Source of the DNA: Mytilus californianus
Lineage: Eukaryota
Reading direction: 5' to 3'
Assembly (NCBI RefSeq): GCF_021869535.1
Contig: NW_026262701.1
Span: 113,832,001-113,896,000, forward strand
DNA length: 64,000 bases
How positions within the stretch are numbered: the first letter of the stretch is position 1; every line of letters begins with the position of its first letter. Shown in pieces: positions 35,980 through 50,556 of this stretch. Position numbers and translations under genes: made by a program. The notes beneath the pieces are model-generated. The model made no database searches. It worked only from the letters and a program-made list of their open reading frames with translations, and was not told the origin of the DNA.

Positions 35980-37413
35980 CTTAAGAAAAAAATACGACTA
36001 ACGTTGTTATTGGTAATTTATTACCAAATATGATATATGCATAATATTTCCATTTAATGAAATTCTACATAGAACGATTGATACGGGAATATTTTCTAAA
36101 TGCCGTTGAATTCATAGTGTAACCCACTAGAGCTGTCATAGAATAGAAGTTTCTTTTTAATTAAAGTGTTCCACAGGGAAGAAAGATTCTGTAATATTAT
36201 TTCTACTGGAAGAAATATAACAGTATTTGTTCTTGGCGGAATAAATGTATAATATTTATTCCAATAGGAACATATATTATAGCATTGTTTATAACTAGGT
36301 TTTCAGAGGAATTTCTGGTAGGTGGAACAAATATATGCTGACAGAACATCGTCATTGATAAGCAGAGCATGGATATTTACGATTTTCAAATGATCTTTTG
36401 TCTTGATATTATATAGAGTAATACTCTATTCATGTCAACTCATATTGTGGTTAGTGAAGACAAACCTGAGTAATGGGCTTAATACATCAATATGTATATA
36501 TCTTTGTTGGAGGCTGCTTGCTGATCCTTATTGATATGTAGGTATACATTCATAATCTCCTGTTGGTCCAGGGTTGATAATTTTCTCATTGGCAATCATG
36601 TTTATGACGTTCAGTGACATTTCATGCCTATTCGAGATGATATTAAAAGTCATGGTATTTAGTAGTGTAATACATATCTTAATCGCACTGTAAAACAGTA
36701 TTCTAAAATCTTAATATTCTTAAAGCTATTGTGTACAATCATGTAGATAATGATACACCATACCATGTTATGTGTGTAAATTGAAATTGCTGTATTGAGT
36801 GCTACAGTTAATAAGGGATGGTTTAAATACGTCAAAATTGAAAATAAATGAAAATACTTGCTCTTTTTCTATTTTTTTGTGATGATATATAGATGCACAT
36901 TATGTAAACAGATGATAGAAATTCATATAACGGCACTTATAAATCAAATTCCACGAAAATAATAATAATGCAGTCTGTTGAACCGGATGAATGGGTAAAT
37001 TATTTTTCAGATCTAAATAAAATACATTCGAACAATATACCAAGATTAAATGAGATAAATGCTCTAGTAGAAAATATGGAAAATATTAAACGTTTTGTTA
37101 ATTAGATTACAGAATTTCAGTAAAATAAATTTCTGATTCAATATCTTAACTAAAAAGTGGAAAAGCATGTGAACTGGATGAACTTCCTGCAGAAATGTTG
37201 AAAGCAGGTTCCTCTGTACTAAATTCTCGGCTGCAAAGACTCTTCAATCTAGTGCTTAAATTATAGATATTCAAAGTCAGATACTTTGGCAGCATGATCA
37301 AACAGCAAAACCACTCCTTGGTTACGTTTACCTGAGGAACCGCAGTCTTAGTTTAAAATTAAGACGTTAACTATAGCTAAAACTTTGTAGAGACTTACTA
37401 ACGACAAACTTAC

Positions 37414-37474
37414 CGTGACAGGAAGACAAGATGATTACAAGATATAGATAACAATAAATTAGTTTATCTTCCAT
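37414..37474 (-). CDS. Ig-FN3 receptor signal-peptide exon (MEDKLIYCYLYLVIILSSCHG)
   Basis: ACAAATGG start context, hydrophobic core, and donor CACG|GTAAGT in phase 1 matching the Ig1 exon. Confidence 0.85.
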
Positions 37475-37939
37475 TTGTACAAAAATAATATGAGAATAAG
37501 GAAACTATTGCCATCATTTTATTTGAGTGTTGTGAATGTTGATTTCCGTTACACCACGGAAATTTGTCAGTATTAAGTACATACACAGGTCTATAAAAGG
37601 AGAATTTTTAGTGCATTAATATTTAAACATTGTATTCCTGTATGACAATTATAAAACACCAATTATATAATTGTAAACAATTGTTTAGTAAAACGTTAAA
37701 ACCCATTCTGTAAAAATATTCTATAACTCTAAAACCCATTCACATTAGATCTTATCACGATTATCTGATTCTGTATATCGAGTAAAACGTTTTGTTGTTG
37801 CCAAAAATGCATGTGCGATATGTGGGATTGGTACTGCTTAGTGTGAGTCTGGGTTTTTTTGGTGTCCAGGTTTCTATTTATCTTTCTATATTTTTTTTTG
37901 GCGAAATTACTTTCTGTCATTCTATAGCTTTTTTTTACT

Positions 37940-40900
37940 TGCCATTGTCTGTCATTCTGTAACTGTTTTTGCCAAAGCATTGTCTGTCTGTCTAAATCAT
38001 GTTCTGTCAAAGCATTATCTGTTTTTCTAAATCCTGTTCTGCCAAAGCAATGTCTGTCTTTCTAAATCATGTTCTGCCAAAGCATTGTCTGTCTTTCTAA
38101 ATCATGTTCTGCCAAGCAATATCTGTCTTTCTAAATCCTGTTCTGCCAAAGCAATGTCTGTCTTTCTAAATCATGTTCTGCCAAAGCATTATCTGTCTTT
38201 CTAAATCCTGTTCTGCCAAAGCAATGTCTGTCTTTCTAAATCATGTTCTGCCAAAGCATTAATTGTTTTCTAAATCATGTTCTGCCAAAGCAATGTTTGT
38301 CTTTCTAAATCATGTTCTGCCAAAGCAATATCTGTCTTTCTAAATCATGTTCTGCCAAAGCAATGTCTGTCAGTCTAAATCATGTTCTACCAAAGCATTG
38401 TTTGTCTTTTTAAATCATGTTCTGCCAAAGCAATGTCTGTCTTTCTAAATCATGTTCTGCCAAAGCCTTGTTTGTCTTTCTAAATCATGTTCTGCCAAAG
38501 CAATATCTGTCTTTCTAAATCATGTTCTGCCAAAGCAATGTCTGTCTGTCTAAATCATGTTCTACCAAAGCATTGTTTGTCTTTTTAAATCATGTTCTGC
38601 CAAAGCAATGTCTGTCTTTCTAAATCATATTCTGCCAAAGCATTATCTGTCTTTCTAAATCATGTTCTGCCAAAGCATTATCTGTCTTTCTAAATCTTGT
38701 TCTGCCAAAGCAATATCTGTCTTTCTAAATCATGTTCTGTCAAAGCTTTGTCTGTCTTTCTAAATCCTGTTCTGCCAAAGCATTGTCTGTCTATCTAAAT
38801 CATGTTCTGTCAAAGCATTGTCTGTCTATTTAAATCATTTTCTGCCAAAGCATTGTTTGTCTTTCTAAATCATGTTCTTCCAAAGCATTGTCTGTCTATC
38901 TAAATCATGTTCTGTCAAAGCATTGTCTGTCTATTTAAATCATTTTCTGCCAAAGCATTGTTTGTCTTTCTAAATCATGTTCTGCCAAAGCTTTGTCTGT
39001 CTATTTAAATCATGTTCTGCCAAAGCATTGTTTGTCTTTCTAAATCATGTTCTGCCAAGGCATTGTCTGTCTATTTAAATCATTTTCTGCCAAAGCATTG
39101 TTTGTCTTTCTAAATCATGTTCTGCCAAAGCTTTGTCTGTCTATTTAAATCATGTTCTGCCAAAGCTTTGTCTGTCTATTTAAATTATGTTCTGCCAAAA
39201 TATTATCTGTCTTTCTAAATCATGTTCTGCCAAAGCATTATTTGTCTTTCTAAATCATGTTCTGCCAAAGCTTTGTCTGTCTTTCTAAATCCTGTTCTGC
39301 CAAAGCAATATCTTTCTTTCTAAATCAAGTTCTGCCAAAGCATTGTTTGAATTTCTAAATCCTGTTCTGCCAAAGCATTGTTTGTCTTTCTAAATCATGT
39401 TCTGCCAAAGCTTTGTCTGTCTATTTAAATCATGTTCTGCCAAAGCAATGTCTGTCCTTCTAAATCATGTGTTACCAAAACATTGTTTGTCTTTTTAAAT
39501 CATGTTCTGCCAAAGCTTTGTCTGTCTATTTAAATCATGTTCTGCCAAAGCAATGTCTGTCTTTCTAAATCATGTTCTACCAAAGCATTGTTTGTCTTTC
39601 TAAATCCTGTTCTGCCAAAGCAATGTCTGTCTTTCTAAATCCTGTTCTGCCAAAGCATTGTTTGTCTTTCTAAATCATGTTCTGCCAAAGCAATGTCTGT
39701 CTGTCTAAATCATTTTCTGCCAAGGCATTGTCTGTCTTTTTAAATCATTTTCTGCCAAAGTATTGTTTGTCTTTCTAAATCATGTTCTGCCAAAGCTTTG
39801 TCTGTCTATTTAAATCATGTTCTGCCAAAGCAATTTCTGTCTTTCTAAATCATGTTCTACCAAAGCATTGTTTGTCTTTTTAAATCATGTTCTGCCAAAG
39901 CATTGTTTGTCTTTCTAAATCCTGTTCTGCCAAAGCATTGTTTGTCTTTCTAAATCATGTTCTGCCAAAGCATTGTCTGTCTATTTAAATCATGTTCTGC
40001 CAAAGCATTGTCTTTCTATTTAAATCCTGTTCTGCCAAAGCATTGTTTGTCTTTCTAAATCATGTTCTGCCAAAGCTTTGTCTGTCTATTTAAATCATGT
40101 TCTGCCAAGGCATTGTCTGTCTATTTAAATCATGTTCTGCCAAAGCATTGTCTGTCTTTCTAAATCATGTTCTGCCAAAGCTTTGTCTGTCTATTTAAAT
40201 CATGTTCTGCCAAAGCATTGTTTGTCTTTCTAAATCATGTTCTGCCAAAGCTTTGTCTGTCTATTTAAATCATGTTCTGCCAAGGCATTGTCTGTCTATT
40301 TAAATCATGTTCTGCCAAAGCATTGTTTGTCTTTCTAAATCATGTTCTGCCAAAGCTTTGTCTGTCTATTTAAATCATGTTCTGCCAAAGCAATATCTGT
40401 CTTTCTAAATCATGTTCTGCCAAAGCAATGTCTGTCTGTCTAAATCATGTTCTACCAAAGCATTGTTTGTCTTTTTAAATCATGTTCTGCCAAAGCAATG
40501 TCTGTCTTTCTAAATCATATTCTGCCAAAGCATTATCTGTCTTTCTAAATCATGTTCTGCCAAAGCATTATCTGTCTTTCTAAATCTTGTTCTGCCAAAG
40601 CAATATCTGTCTTTCTAAATCATGTTCTGTCAAAGCTTTGTCTGTCTTTCTAAATCCTGTTCTACCAAAGCATTGTCTGTCTATCTAAATCATGTTCTGT
40701 CAAAGCATTGTCTGTCTATTTAAATCATTTTCTGCCAAAGCATTGTTTGTCTTTCTAAATCATGTTCTTCCAAAGCATTGTCTGTCTATCTAAATCATGT
40801 TCTGTCAAAGCATTGTCTGTCTATTTAAATCATTTTCTGCCAAAGCATTGTTTGTCTTTCTAAATCATGTTCTGCCAAAGCTTTGTCTGTCTATTTAAAT

Positions 40901-43900
40901 CATGTTCTGCCAAAGCATTGTTTGTCTTTCTAAATCATGTTCTGCCAAGGCATTGTCTGTCTATTTAAATCATTTTCTGCCAAAGCATTGTTTGTCTTTC
41001 TAAATCATGTTCTGCCAAAGCTTTGTCTGTCTATTTAAATCATGTTCTGCCAAAGCTTTGTCTGTCTATTTAAATTATGTTCTGCCAAAATATTATCTGT
41101 CTTTCTAAATCATGTTCTGCCAAAGCATTATTTGTCTTTCTAAATCATGTTCTGCCAAAGCTTTGTCTGTCTTTCTAAATCCTGTTCTGCCAAAGCAATA
41201 TCTTTCTTTCTAAATCAAGTTCTGCCAAAGCATTGTTTGAATTTCTAAATCCTGTTCTGCCAAAGCATTGTTTGTCTTTCTAAATCATGTTCTGCCAAAG
41301 CTTTGTCTGTCTATTTAAATCATGTTCTGCCAAAGCAATGTCTGTCCTTCTAAATCATGTGTTACCAAAACATTGTTTGTCTTTTTAAATCATGTTCTGC
41401 CGAGCTTTGTCTGTCTATTTAAATCATGTTCTGCCAAAGCAATGTCTGTCTTTCTAAATCATGTTCTACCAAAGCATTGTTTGTCATTCTAAATCCTGTT
41501 CTGCCAAAGCAATGTCTGTCTTTCTAAATCCTGTTCTGCCAAAGCATTGTTTGTCTTTCTAAATCATGTTCTGCCAAAGCAATGTCTGTCTGTCTAAATC
41601 ATTTTCTGCCAAGGCATTGTCTGTCTTTTTAAATCATTTTCTGCCAAAGTATTGTTTGTCTTTCTAAATCATGTTCTGCCAAAGCTTTGTCTGTCTATTT
41701 AAATCATGTTCTGCCAAAGCAATTTCTGTCTTTCTAAATCATGTTCTACCAAAGCATTGTTTGTCTTTTTAAATCATGTTCTGCCAAAGCATTGTTTGTC
41801 TTTCTAAATCCTGTTCTGCCAAAGCATTGTTTGTCTTTCTAAATCATGTTCTGCCAAAGCATTGTCTGTCTATTTAAATCATGTTCTGCCAAAGCATTGT
41901 CTTTCTATTTAAATCCTGTTCTGCCAAAGCATTGTTTGTCTTTCTAAATCATGTTCTGCCAAAGCTTTGTCTGTCTATTTAAATCATGTTCTGCCAAGGC
42001 ATTGTCTGTCTATTTAAATCATGTTCTGCCAAAGCATTGTCTGTCTTTCTAAATCATGTTCTGCCAAAGCTTTGTCTGTCTATTTAAATCATGTTCTGCC
42101 AAAGCATTGTTTGTCTTTCTAAATCATGTTCTGCCAAAGCTTTGTCTGTCTATTTAAATCATGTTCTGCCAAGGCATTGTCTGTCTATTTAAATCATGTT
42201 CTGCCAAAGCATTGTCTGTCTTTCTAAATCATGTTCTGCCAAAGCTTTGTCTGTCTATTTAAATCATCTTCTGCCAAAGCAATGTCTGTCTTTCTAAATC
42301 ATGTTCTACCAAAGCATTGTTTGTCTTTTTAAATCATGTTCTGCCAAAGAATTGTCTGTCTTTCTAAATCATGTTCTACCAAAGCATTGTTTGTCTTTCT
42401 AAATCATGTTCTGCCAAAGCATTGTTTGAATTTCTAAATCCTGTTCTGCCAAAGCTTTGTCTGTCTATTTAAATCATGTTCTGTCAAAGCATTGTTTGTC
42501 TTTCTAAAGTATTGTTTGTCTTTCTAAAGCATTGTTGTCTTTCTAAAGCATTGTTTGTCTTTCTAAAGCATTGTTTGTCGTTCTAAATCATGTTCTGCCA
42601 AAGCAATATCTGTCTTTCTAAATCATGTTCTGCCAAAGCATTGTTTGTATTTCTAAATCATGTTCTGCCAAAGCATTGTTTGTCTTTTTAAATCATGTTT
42701 TACCAAAGCATTGTCTGTCTATTTAAATCATGTTCTGCCAAAGCATTGTCTGTCTTTCTAAATCATGTTCTGCCAAAGCTTTGTCTGTCTATTTAAATCA
42801 TCTTCTGCCAAAGCAATGTCTGTCTTTCTAAATCATGTTCTACCAAAGCATTGTTTGTCTTTTTAAATCATGTTCTGCCAAAGCATTGTCTGTCTTTCTA
42901 AATCATGTTCTACCAAAGCATTGTTTGTCTTTCTAAATCATGTTCTGCCAAAGCATTGTTTGAATTTCTAAATCCTGTTCTGCCAAAGCTTTGTCTGTCT
43001 ATTTAAATCATGTTCTGTCAAAGCATTGTTTGTCTTTCTAAAGTATTGTTTGTCTTTCTAAAGCATTGTTGTCTTTCTAAAGCATTGTTTGTCTTTCTAA
43101 AGCATTGTTTGTCGTTCTAAATCATGTTCTGCCAAAGCAATATCTGTCTTTCTAAATCATGTTCTGCCAAAGCATTGTTTGTATTTCTAAATCATGTTCT
43201 GCCAAAGCATTGTTTGTCTTTTTAAATCATGTTTTACCAAAGCATTGTTTGTCTTTCTAAATCATGTTCTGCCAAAGTAATATCTGTCTTACTAAATCAT
43301 GATCTGCCAAAGCAATGTTTGTCTTTCTATAACATTTTCTGCAAAAGCATTGTCTGTCATTATGTAGCCTTTTCTACTAAAGCATTGTCTGTCATTATGT
43401 AGCCCTTTTTGCCAAAGCATTGTCTGTCATTGTGTAGCCTTTTCTGCCATAGCATTGTCTGTCATTATGTAGCCTTTTCTGCCAAAGCATTGTTTGTCAT
43501 TATGTAGCCTTTTCTGCCAAAGCATTGTCTGTCATTATGTAGTCTTTTCTACCAAAGCATTGTCTATCTTTCTAAATCATGTTCTGCCAAAGCAATATCT
43601 GTCTTTTTAAATCATGTTCTGCCAAAGCATTGTTTGTCTTTCTAAAGCATTGTTTGTCGTTCTAAATCATGTTCTGCCAAAGCATTATTTGTCTTTCTAA
43701 ATCACGTTCTGTCAAAGCCTTGTTTGTATTTCTAAATCATGTTCTGCCAAAGTATTGTTTGTCTTTCTAAATCATGTTCTGCCAAAGCATTGTTTGTCTT
43801 TCTAAATCATGTTCTGCCAAAGCATTGTTTGTCTTTCTAAATCACGTTCTGTCAAAGCCTTGTTTGTATTTCTAAATCATGTTCTGTCAAAGCCTTGTTT

Positions 43901-44700
43901 GTATTTCTAAATCATGTTCTGCCAAAGCAATATCTGTCTTTCTAAATCATGTTCTACCAAAGCATTGTCAGTCTTCCTATAGCCTTTTCTACCAAAGCAT
44001 TGTCTGTCTTTCTATAACATTTTCTACCAAAGCAGTGTCTGTCATTATGTATCCTTCTCTGCCAAAGCAGTGTCTGTCATTATGTATCCTTCTCTGCCAA
44101 AGCATTGTCTGTCATTATGTTGCCTTTTCTGCAAAAGCATTGTCTTTTATTATGTAGCCTTTTCTACCAAAGCATTGTCTGTCTTTCTATAACATTTTCT
44201 ACCAAAGCATTGTCTGTCTTTCTATAACATTTTCTACCAAAGCAGTGTCTGTCATTATGTATCCTTCTCTGCCAAAGCATTGTCTGTCATTATGTAGCCT
44301 TTTCTACAAAAGCATTGTCTTTTATTATGTTGCCTTTTCTACCAAAGCATTGTCTGTCTTTCTATAACATTTTCTGTCAAAGCATTGTCTGTCATTATGT
44401 TGCCTTTTCTGCAAAAGCAATGTCTTTTATTATGTAGCCTTTTCTACCAAAGCATTGTCTGTCTTTCTATAACATTTTCTTCCGAAGCATTGTCTGTCCT
44501 TCTATAACATTTTCTACCAAAGCAGTGTCTGTCATTATGTAACCTTTTCTGCCAAAGCATTGCCTGTCATTATGTAGCCTTTTCTACAAAAGCATTGTCT
44601 TATTATGTAGCCTTTTCTATCAAAGCATTGTCATATTCTGCCAAAGCATTGTCTGTCATTATGTTGCCTTTTCTGTAAAAGCATTGTATGTCTTGCTATA
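37940..44700. repeat. 35-bp satellite array, ~6.7 kb (~190 monomers; TCTGCCAAAGCATTGTCTGTCTTTCTAAATCATGT)
   Basis: The 35-bp period is checked by coordinates (e.g. 38031 to 38066). Variant monomer families occur at the edges. Confidence 0.98.
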
Positions 44701-47581
44701 AAATTTTCAGTCATGGTATTGTCAATCTGTAACATCTTTTGCTCTTTTCAAATTATCAATTCATTAAACTTTCTCACTCACAAAGCACTCCTCAGTGTAA
44801 TGTGGGTCATGAATTTATTATTGGCTTTGCAAACATTGATGACAAGAAATGTTTAGGGGTATTTTAGTATAAGATATAAACTATTTTACAGTGATTCCTA
44901 AGGTTTATTGATAACATTCGGGGGAGAATCACTAACGCGTGTTGAATAGAGAAAGTTCTAACAAAAGTATCAAAACTGAAAATTAATTTGGTGCTTTGTA
45001 TACTGTTATTTGTCTTATTCGATTTTTGTATTTTGCCATGGCATTGTCAGGTTGTTTTCGTCTCACGAGTTTCAATATCCCTTTGATATCTTTCGCCTCT
45101 CTTTCAGAACTACTAGCAAACTTGGTGAACCAGAGGTCGACACATGATAAAAAGACAATTAAAAAAGGGAGAATCAGCAACAGAAAATACACAACAATAG
45201 ATACCAATACACGTAATCTATTAAGAAAGTTTGGATTATATATCACCAAAATTTAACAGGTATATAAGGTATAGCGCATACTAAAATTAAGACAAATAGA
45301 AAAGTTTATAATTTTCAGTAACAGTATACATAATTCAGATTTGATCCAATCTAATAACAACAGTGTCACTCAATCACAAAAGTAAACAAAAACAGTAAAG
45401 ACAACGAGGTTCTGGTAAAAGCAAATAATTTATTTTCTTCTTATTGGAACATGGATGCATCATTAATTTATGCCAAAAATTGAGAAAAGAAAACAAATAT
45501 CGTCGATGAATTCAAATTTCACAAGTAGAAAAAAAAACATACTTAATGTGCTCTAAAACAAGCACAAAGATCAGACAAAACAAGACAAGACATGTACATT
45601 TACATATACATATACATATATAACATATAGATAAGATGAGTAATTTAAACTTAGTCAAATATATACGGTTGAATTGATATTTTCCATTCAGTAAACGTAG
45701 AGCAGTTTTTTGTTGTTTTTTGTTTTTTGTTTTTGTTTTTGTTTTTTTTTTGTTATATTCGGATAAGCCATGCATCGATCTTTATGAATTTAATGGTTGC
45801 ATCAAAATGTGATGGCTGTCACCTAAGAACCTCATATGTTATGGTCTTCAACAAGAATCATACATGTTATGGTCGTCACCAAGAATCAGAAAGGAGAACT
45901 TATGACAAGGCCATTTTTTGGACCCTTGAATTCGAAAATCAAAAAGTTTACAAATCTACCAATTTACACCCTTCAGATTTTCATAAGACATTTTAAATCT
46001 GTCTGAAATCAGTATTCAATTTATTTTAGTTTTGCTTAAATATTGGCATTATAGGGCTTCAAACTTTTTACTTTTGGTACAAAACACCAAAAACTGCCGC
46101 AATTCATTCTGAGATCTTGTCATTGATATTTTCATATGAAGAAGAGCTTTACCCAAAAGATATCTTTTGTATTTCACAAAGACTTTAATGTGTGTAAAAT
46201 AGCTTTTTTTGCAAAGCTCTTGCTCATATATATTCTGACAAAAAAAGTATGCGTGAAATTGCAATTTAAGGTCAAATACCTAAATTTCGACATGTGTATG
46301 AAAACAAAGTGACATCGCAAGTGACTTTTCTGCATTAAAGTTTCAAGATTAAAGCAACTGGTTCACTTATCAAAAAAAATTAACATAATTTTGTAAGATT
46401 TGGGTAAACTTACTATTTTTTTCTTATTTCAGTGCCCGAATAATGGCTCTTATTAAACCTTCTCCTTTCCACTTATCCAGAACTTGAATAATGTTAGGTG
46501 AAACTAAGGAAAATCATTATTAACAAGATTACGTGTCCATTATACACCATGCCCACTCGCACATTCACATTTTCATGTTCCATGTGAGCACAACTTAATG
46601 ATAAATTACCGTAGACCAAAACTTTAACTTGATACGGGACAGATGGACCATTAAAACATTACTTCATACTACCGTATGCAGAGCATTAAACTGATATTAT
46701 CAATAACATAGCTGAAATTTCGTACTCTGCTATTGACCCTACTCTTTTTAAATGAAGATCTGTATAGATCTTTCTCTAATAGACATTTTAGGACTAGAAC
46801 TGGAGTGCTCGTCGGGCTAAATATAACTTGATTTAATCATATATATTTTATTCAAAAATTTACAAATGGTACAACGGATTTCATAGAATTATTATGTTGT
46901 GGTGGTCAGAAAAATTGTTCGTCGATATATTCAAACATGATCTTTTTCCTGTAAAATAAAGTACGAAACATTCAGTATAAAATTATCTGTCAAAGTATGG
47001 AAAACTTTCTTTTGAACCCCTCTTACTGACGGAAATAGCATATACATACATGAAAAGGGGGGGTTCATGGAAGTGTTACCCATAGTATAAAACAAGCCAA
47101 GATTTACAGATTAATTCCGTTGAAACTTACAATTTGAAAATATGTTTTAAAGGAGTAGTTGTTTTCTAGTGTAACTATAAATTGCATCTATACCTTTATA
47201 TTCTACAAGTATCATTGTAGTATTATTGCATGTTGATTTTTTGTATAGGTCGTGAATGAACGAAGTCTGTTGTGATGGCTATGAAAGACCATCATCGGGT
47301 AACGATAGCTTATATACGTGTCTTAGAAATTCTTACAAGTAAAAGTCAAATGATATTCAAGTTCAGACATGCATTTGTAACAAGTTATTTTTGATCTGTA
47401 AGTGGGATGAAATCCATTGTTTATAATGATACATTTTTTCTGCTATTCAACATAACAAACATACTCTTTATGCCAAATAATTATGTCACTGAGCAATTAA
47501 AAGCACTAACTGGGCCAATAAGGATTTTCTCGGTCCAATTCAAGAGAACTGGACCAATACGGACACCCGAGCTGTACTGGC

Positions 47582-47765
47582 CTAGTTCTGTTTCAGTATC
47601 GTGAGGAAGGCTTTTATATTGTCGAGACATATTTTCTTCATAATAAGTCTAGTAACACATTTATTGTTTGAAAAGTTTTCTTTTATGTTTGCCATTTTGT
47701 CTGGACTTCCTTTCATGGATATTTGAAATTGCATTGTATTGGCCTCGATGGTGTACATTAAAACA
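47582..47765 (-). CDS. Unknown secreted protein, candidate last exon (VLMYTIEANTMQFQISMK...LKQN*)
   Basis: Acceptor GATTTAG|T is phase-2 compatible with exon 3 and the frame is open for 60 codons to TAG. The polypyrimidine tract is weak. Confidence 0.5.
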
Positions 47766-48846
47766 CTAAATCTTAATTTGTTCTGACAAATATAATGTTT
47801 TATTTGTAAATTGAACCATTCGATATGACACCGACGGTATTCTGTGTATGGTTTAACGTGCATTATGATCTGTGTACTTTTTTTGCAAAACGAAAATTAA
47901 CAACATATGAAAGTAGATATTTACTGATTTTTATAGTTTGTTCTTATGTTGTTCTGTAACACCACAATCCCAGGGGGTTGTTGATCGCTTACAAACATGT
48001 TTAACTCCGCCACATTCGTAATGTGCCTGTCCCAAGTCAGGAGCCTGCGGTTCAGAGATTGTCGTTGGTTCATGTCTGTCATATTTGATTTTCGTAAATT
48101 GTTTTATTATAAATTAGGCCGTAAGTTTTGAATTGTTTCATATTTTTCATGTCGAGGCCTTTTATAGCCTATTATATGGTATGAGTTTTTATCATTGTTG
48201 AAGGCCGTACGGTTGTCTATAATTGCTTACATCCACTTCGTCTGAACTTTGGTGGATAGTTATCTCATTGGCAATCATACCACATCTCCTTATTTTTATA
48301 TTTACTGTTTCATCTTAGTAAGTCATTTGTGAACAGTTGTCCTATTGATCGTTTGTTGGATAGTTGAATCATTGACAATACCAACTATTTAATATTGTTA
48401 TATTTACCTTGGTCTTATTGGTTTTCCCTTTTTATTCAGACGTTTGAACACTTTATTCTTTCTTTTTCCATGTGCAACTATCATCCTAAGTATAGATATA
48501 TAAACATTTATATTTAGGTTTTGAACATGTAAAAAGTACCAGTCCCCAAACAATGGTAAAGTAACAACTTATATACAGATACACTATACAAGTAAACGCA
48601 AAAAAAACAAAAAAAAACTAAAAAACTAAAAACAAGCAGCTGTTTACTACTATATCATTGTAAGAACGATTCAACTCATATAGTTCCAAACCATAGCCAC
48701 TTATATATTTATACATATTGTTTTGTTGTTGTCCTGGAAATGCTACCTGTATACGTACAATACAACTTTAAATTGCCTTGCTGTTATTCATCTTTAAGTT
48801 TTTTTACAGTTTGAAAAACAGTTTTGATACAAGTATTTCAACTTAC

Positions 48847-49107
48847 ATCTGACAGTCTCCAGGGACCGTGTCGATAATTAAAACAGGTCCAACAAATCTG
48901 TAGTTCGTTTTCGTACATTTATTGGCAACTTCCTGTCCTGGATTTGGCAACCCTATATCAGGATTGATGACTGTTATTTTAGATTTTTTAGAGGTTTGAC
49001 TGCCAGGAACTGCATTGTCGCTTGTTCCATCACTAGGCGTACGACTGGATCCCACTTCAGAAATAGTCATTAAAGAACGAAAGGAAACAGTGGGCATGTT
49101 TACTTTT
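48847..49107 (-). CDS. Unknown secreted protein exon 3 (KVNMPTVSF...KCTKTNYRFVGPVLIIDTVPGDCQ)
   Basis: Acceptor TTTTTTTTTTAG|A, donor CAGAT|GTAAGT, 261 nt, phase 2-2, open frame. Confidence 0.8.
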
Positions 49108-50556
49108 CTAAAAAAAAAACACACAACTAACTGAGGAGACACATAGAAATAAAATTCTTGGCGTTGAATGCCATATATATTGTCTTTTTACATGAATATC
49201 ATTTATCTGTCTGTGTATTTTTCATACTTTTTATCTATATATCATTGGGTTCTAATATTTTCTCAAAACAAAGCGTATAACATCTCATGAATGATAATCT
49301 ACAAACACGCTTACTCACTTACACAGTATCGTATATATATACTAGGTGTATAGAATGATTTCACGCTTTGCGCTTGGTTGAACCAAATTTTATTTATGCT
49401 GGCTGCTATATACTTGTCTTTGATGTTGTTAAGTTGCTTTCTCATTAACGTTTACTGTCCTTTCCTTAAGTTTTTTAACATATATTAGTACTGACATGTC
49501 CATGTAAATCATCTAGTCAAAAATACGACCTATGGATTGTTACTAGTTGTTGTGCTCACTACAAATACCCAGTACTGCTTCCTGAGTCTGTTATTCAGGT
49601 GTGAAAACTTACCTCAATACAGCTTTTACACGTTTTCTAAAAGACTTCACTTTATCTGCATTCTTTTCGTGCATGTTCACAGATGCTATGACCCTGAAAG
49701 ATCAAGTATACTATCGTAATACGTGTAGTTTTGATAATTTCTGCTTAATTTATTGTATGTTGATGACCAAAAGTCTTAGAGCCGAATATATCAGTACATG
49801 TAAAAGTGCAAGACTAATAAATCGAGTTATCGATACACATGCATGTATCTATATGTACATGTTTCAGGTTAAATTACTAACGTTTATCCTTTTTTCGGCA
49901 CAATTCATCAAAGTAAAGTCTGAGTGGATTTTTTTTTTTGATTTTTTTTTGGGGGGAGGGGGCGTATACATTATTTAACGTAGTTTTCTTGAGTTAAGAT
50001 CACTTTCAACAAATTTGGGACGTTTAGATGTTATGTTTAATTGGTTACTTTGCCCTTTACACTTAAATAAAAATGAAATAATACTTATTTACAGTCCAAT
50101 CAAATTAAAATATAGATTGATTTACAGTCATATCGCTTGATTGATTTTAAAAAAAAACATATTGAGGGTAGGAAGGGGGGTGCTTGTTAACATGGAAGAA
50201 GTTATGTCTTCTCGGTTTCAAAGAAATAAACATAAATTTTCTACCTTCAACAATGCAGGTATTCAGTCTAATTTTAGAGAGTTTGCAAATACAAATACTG
50301 AAATTCAACGTATACGTACATAGTATTTAAGTAGGGGTTAGATCCTATAAAACTTAGTTTAACCCGTCAAAATTTGCAAGTGCTATCTAAAAAAACATTG
50401 CATTTTCTTTGTTCTTGTACGTAAATTTGATAATGGTCTGAGCCGAGCCATATTTCTGATCTCCATCTACTGTAGCACAGTTAGGTAGGACCTCATGCGA
50501 ATTGGACGACGAAACAACGAGGACTCTAGTTTGGATAATATTTCAATTACACTTAC

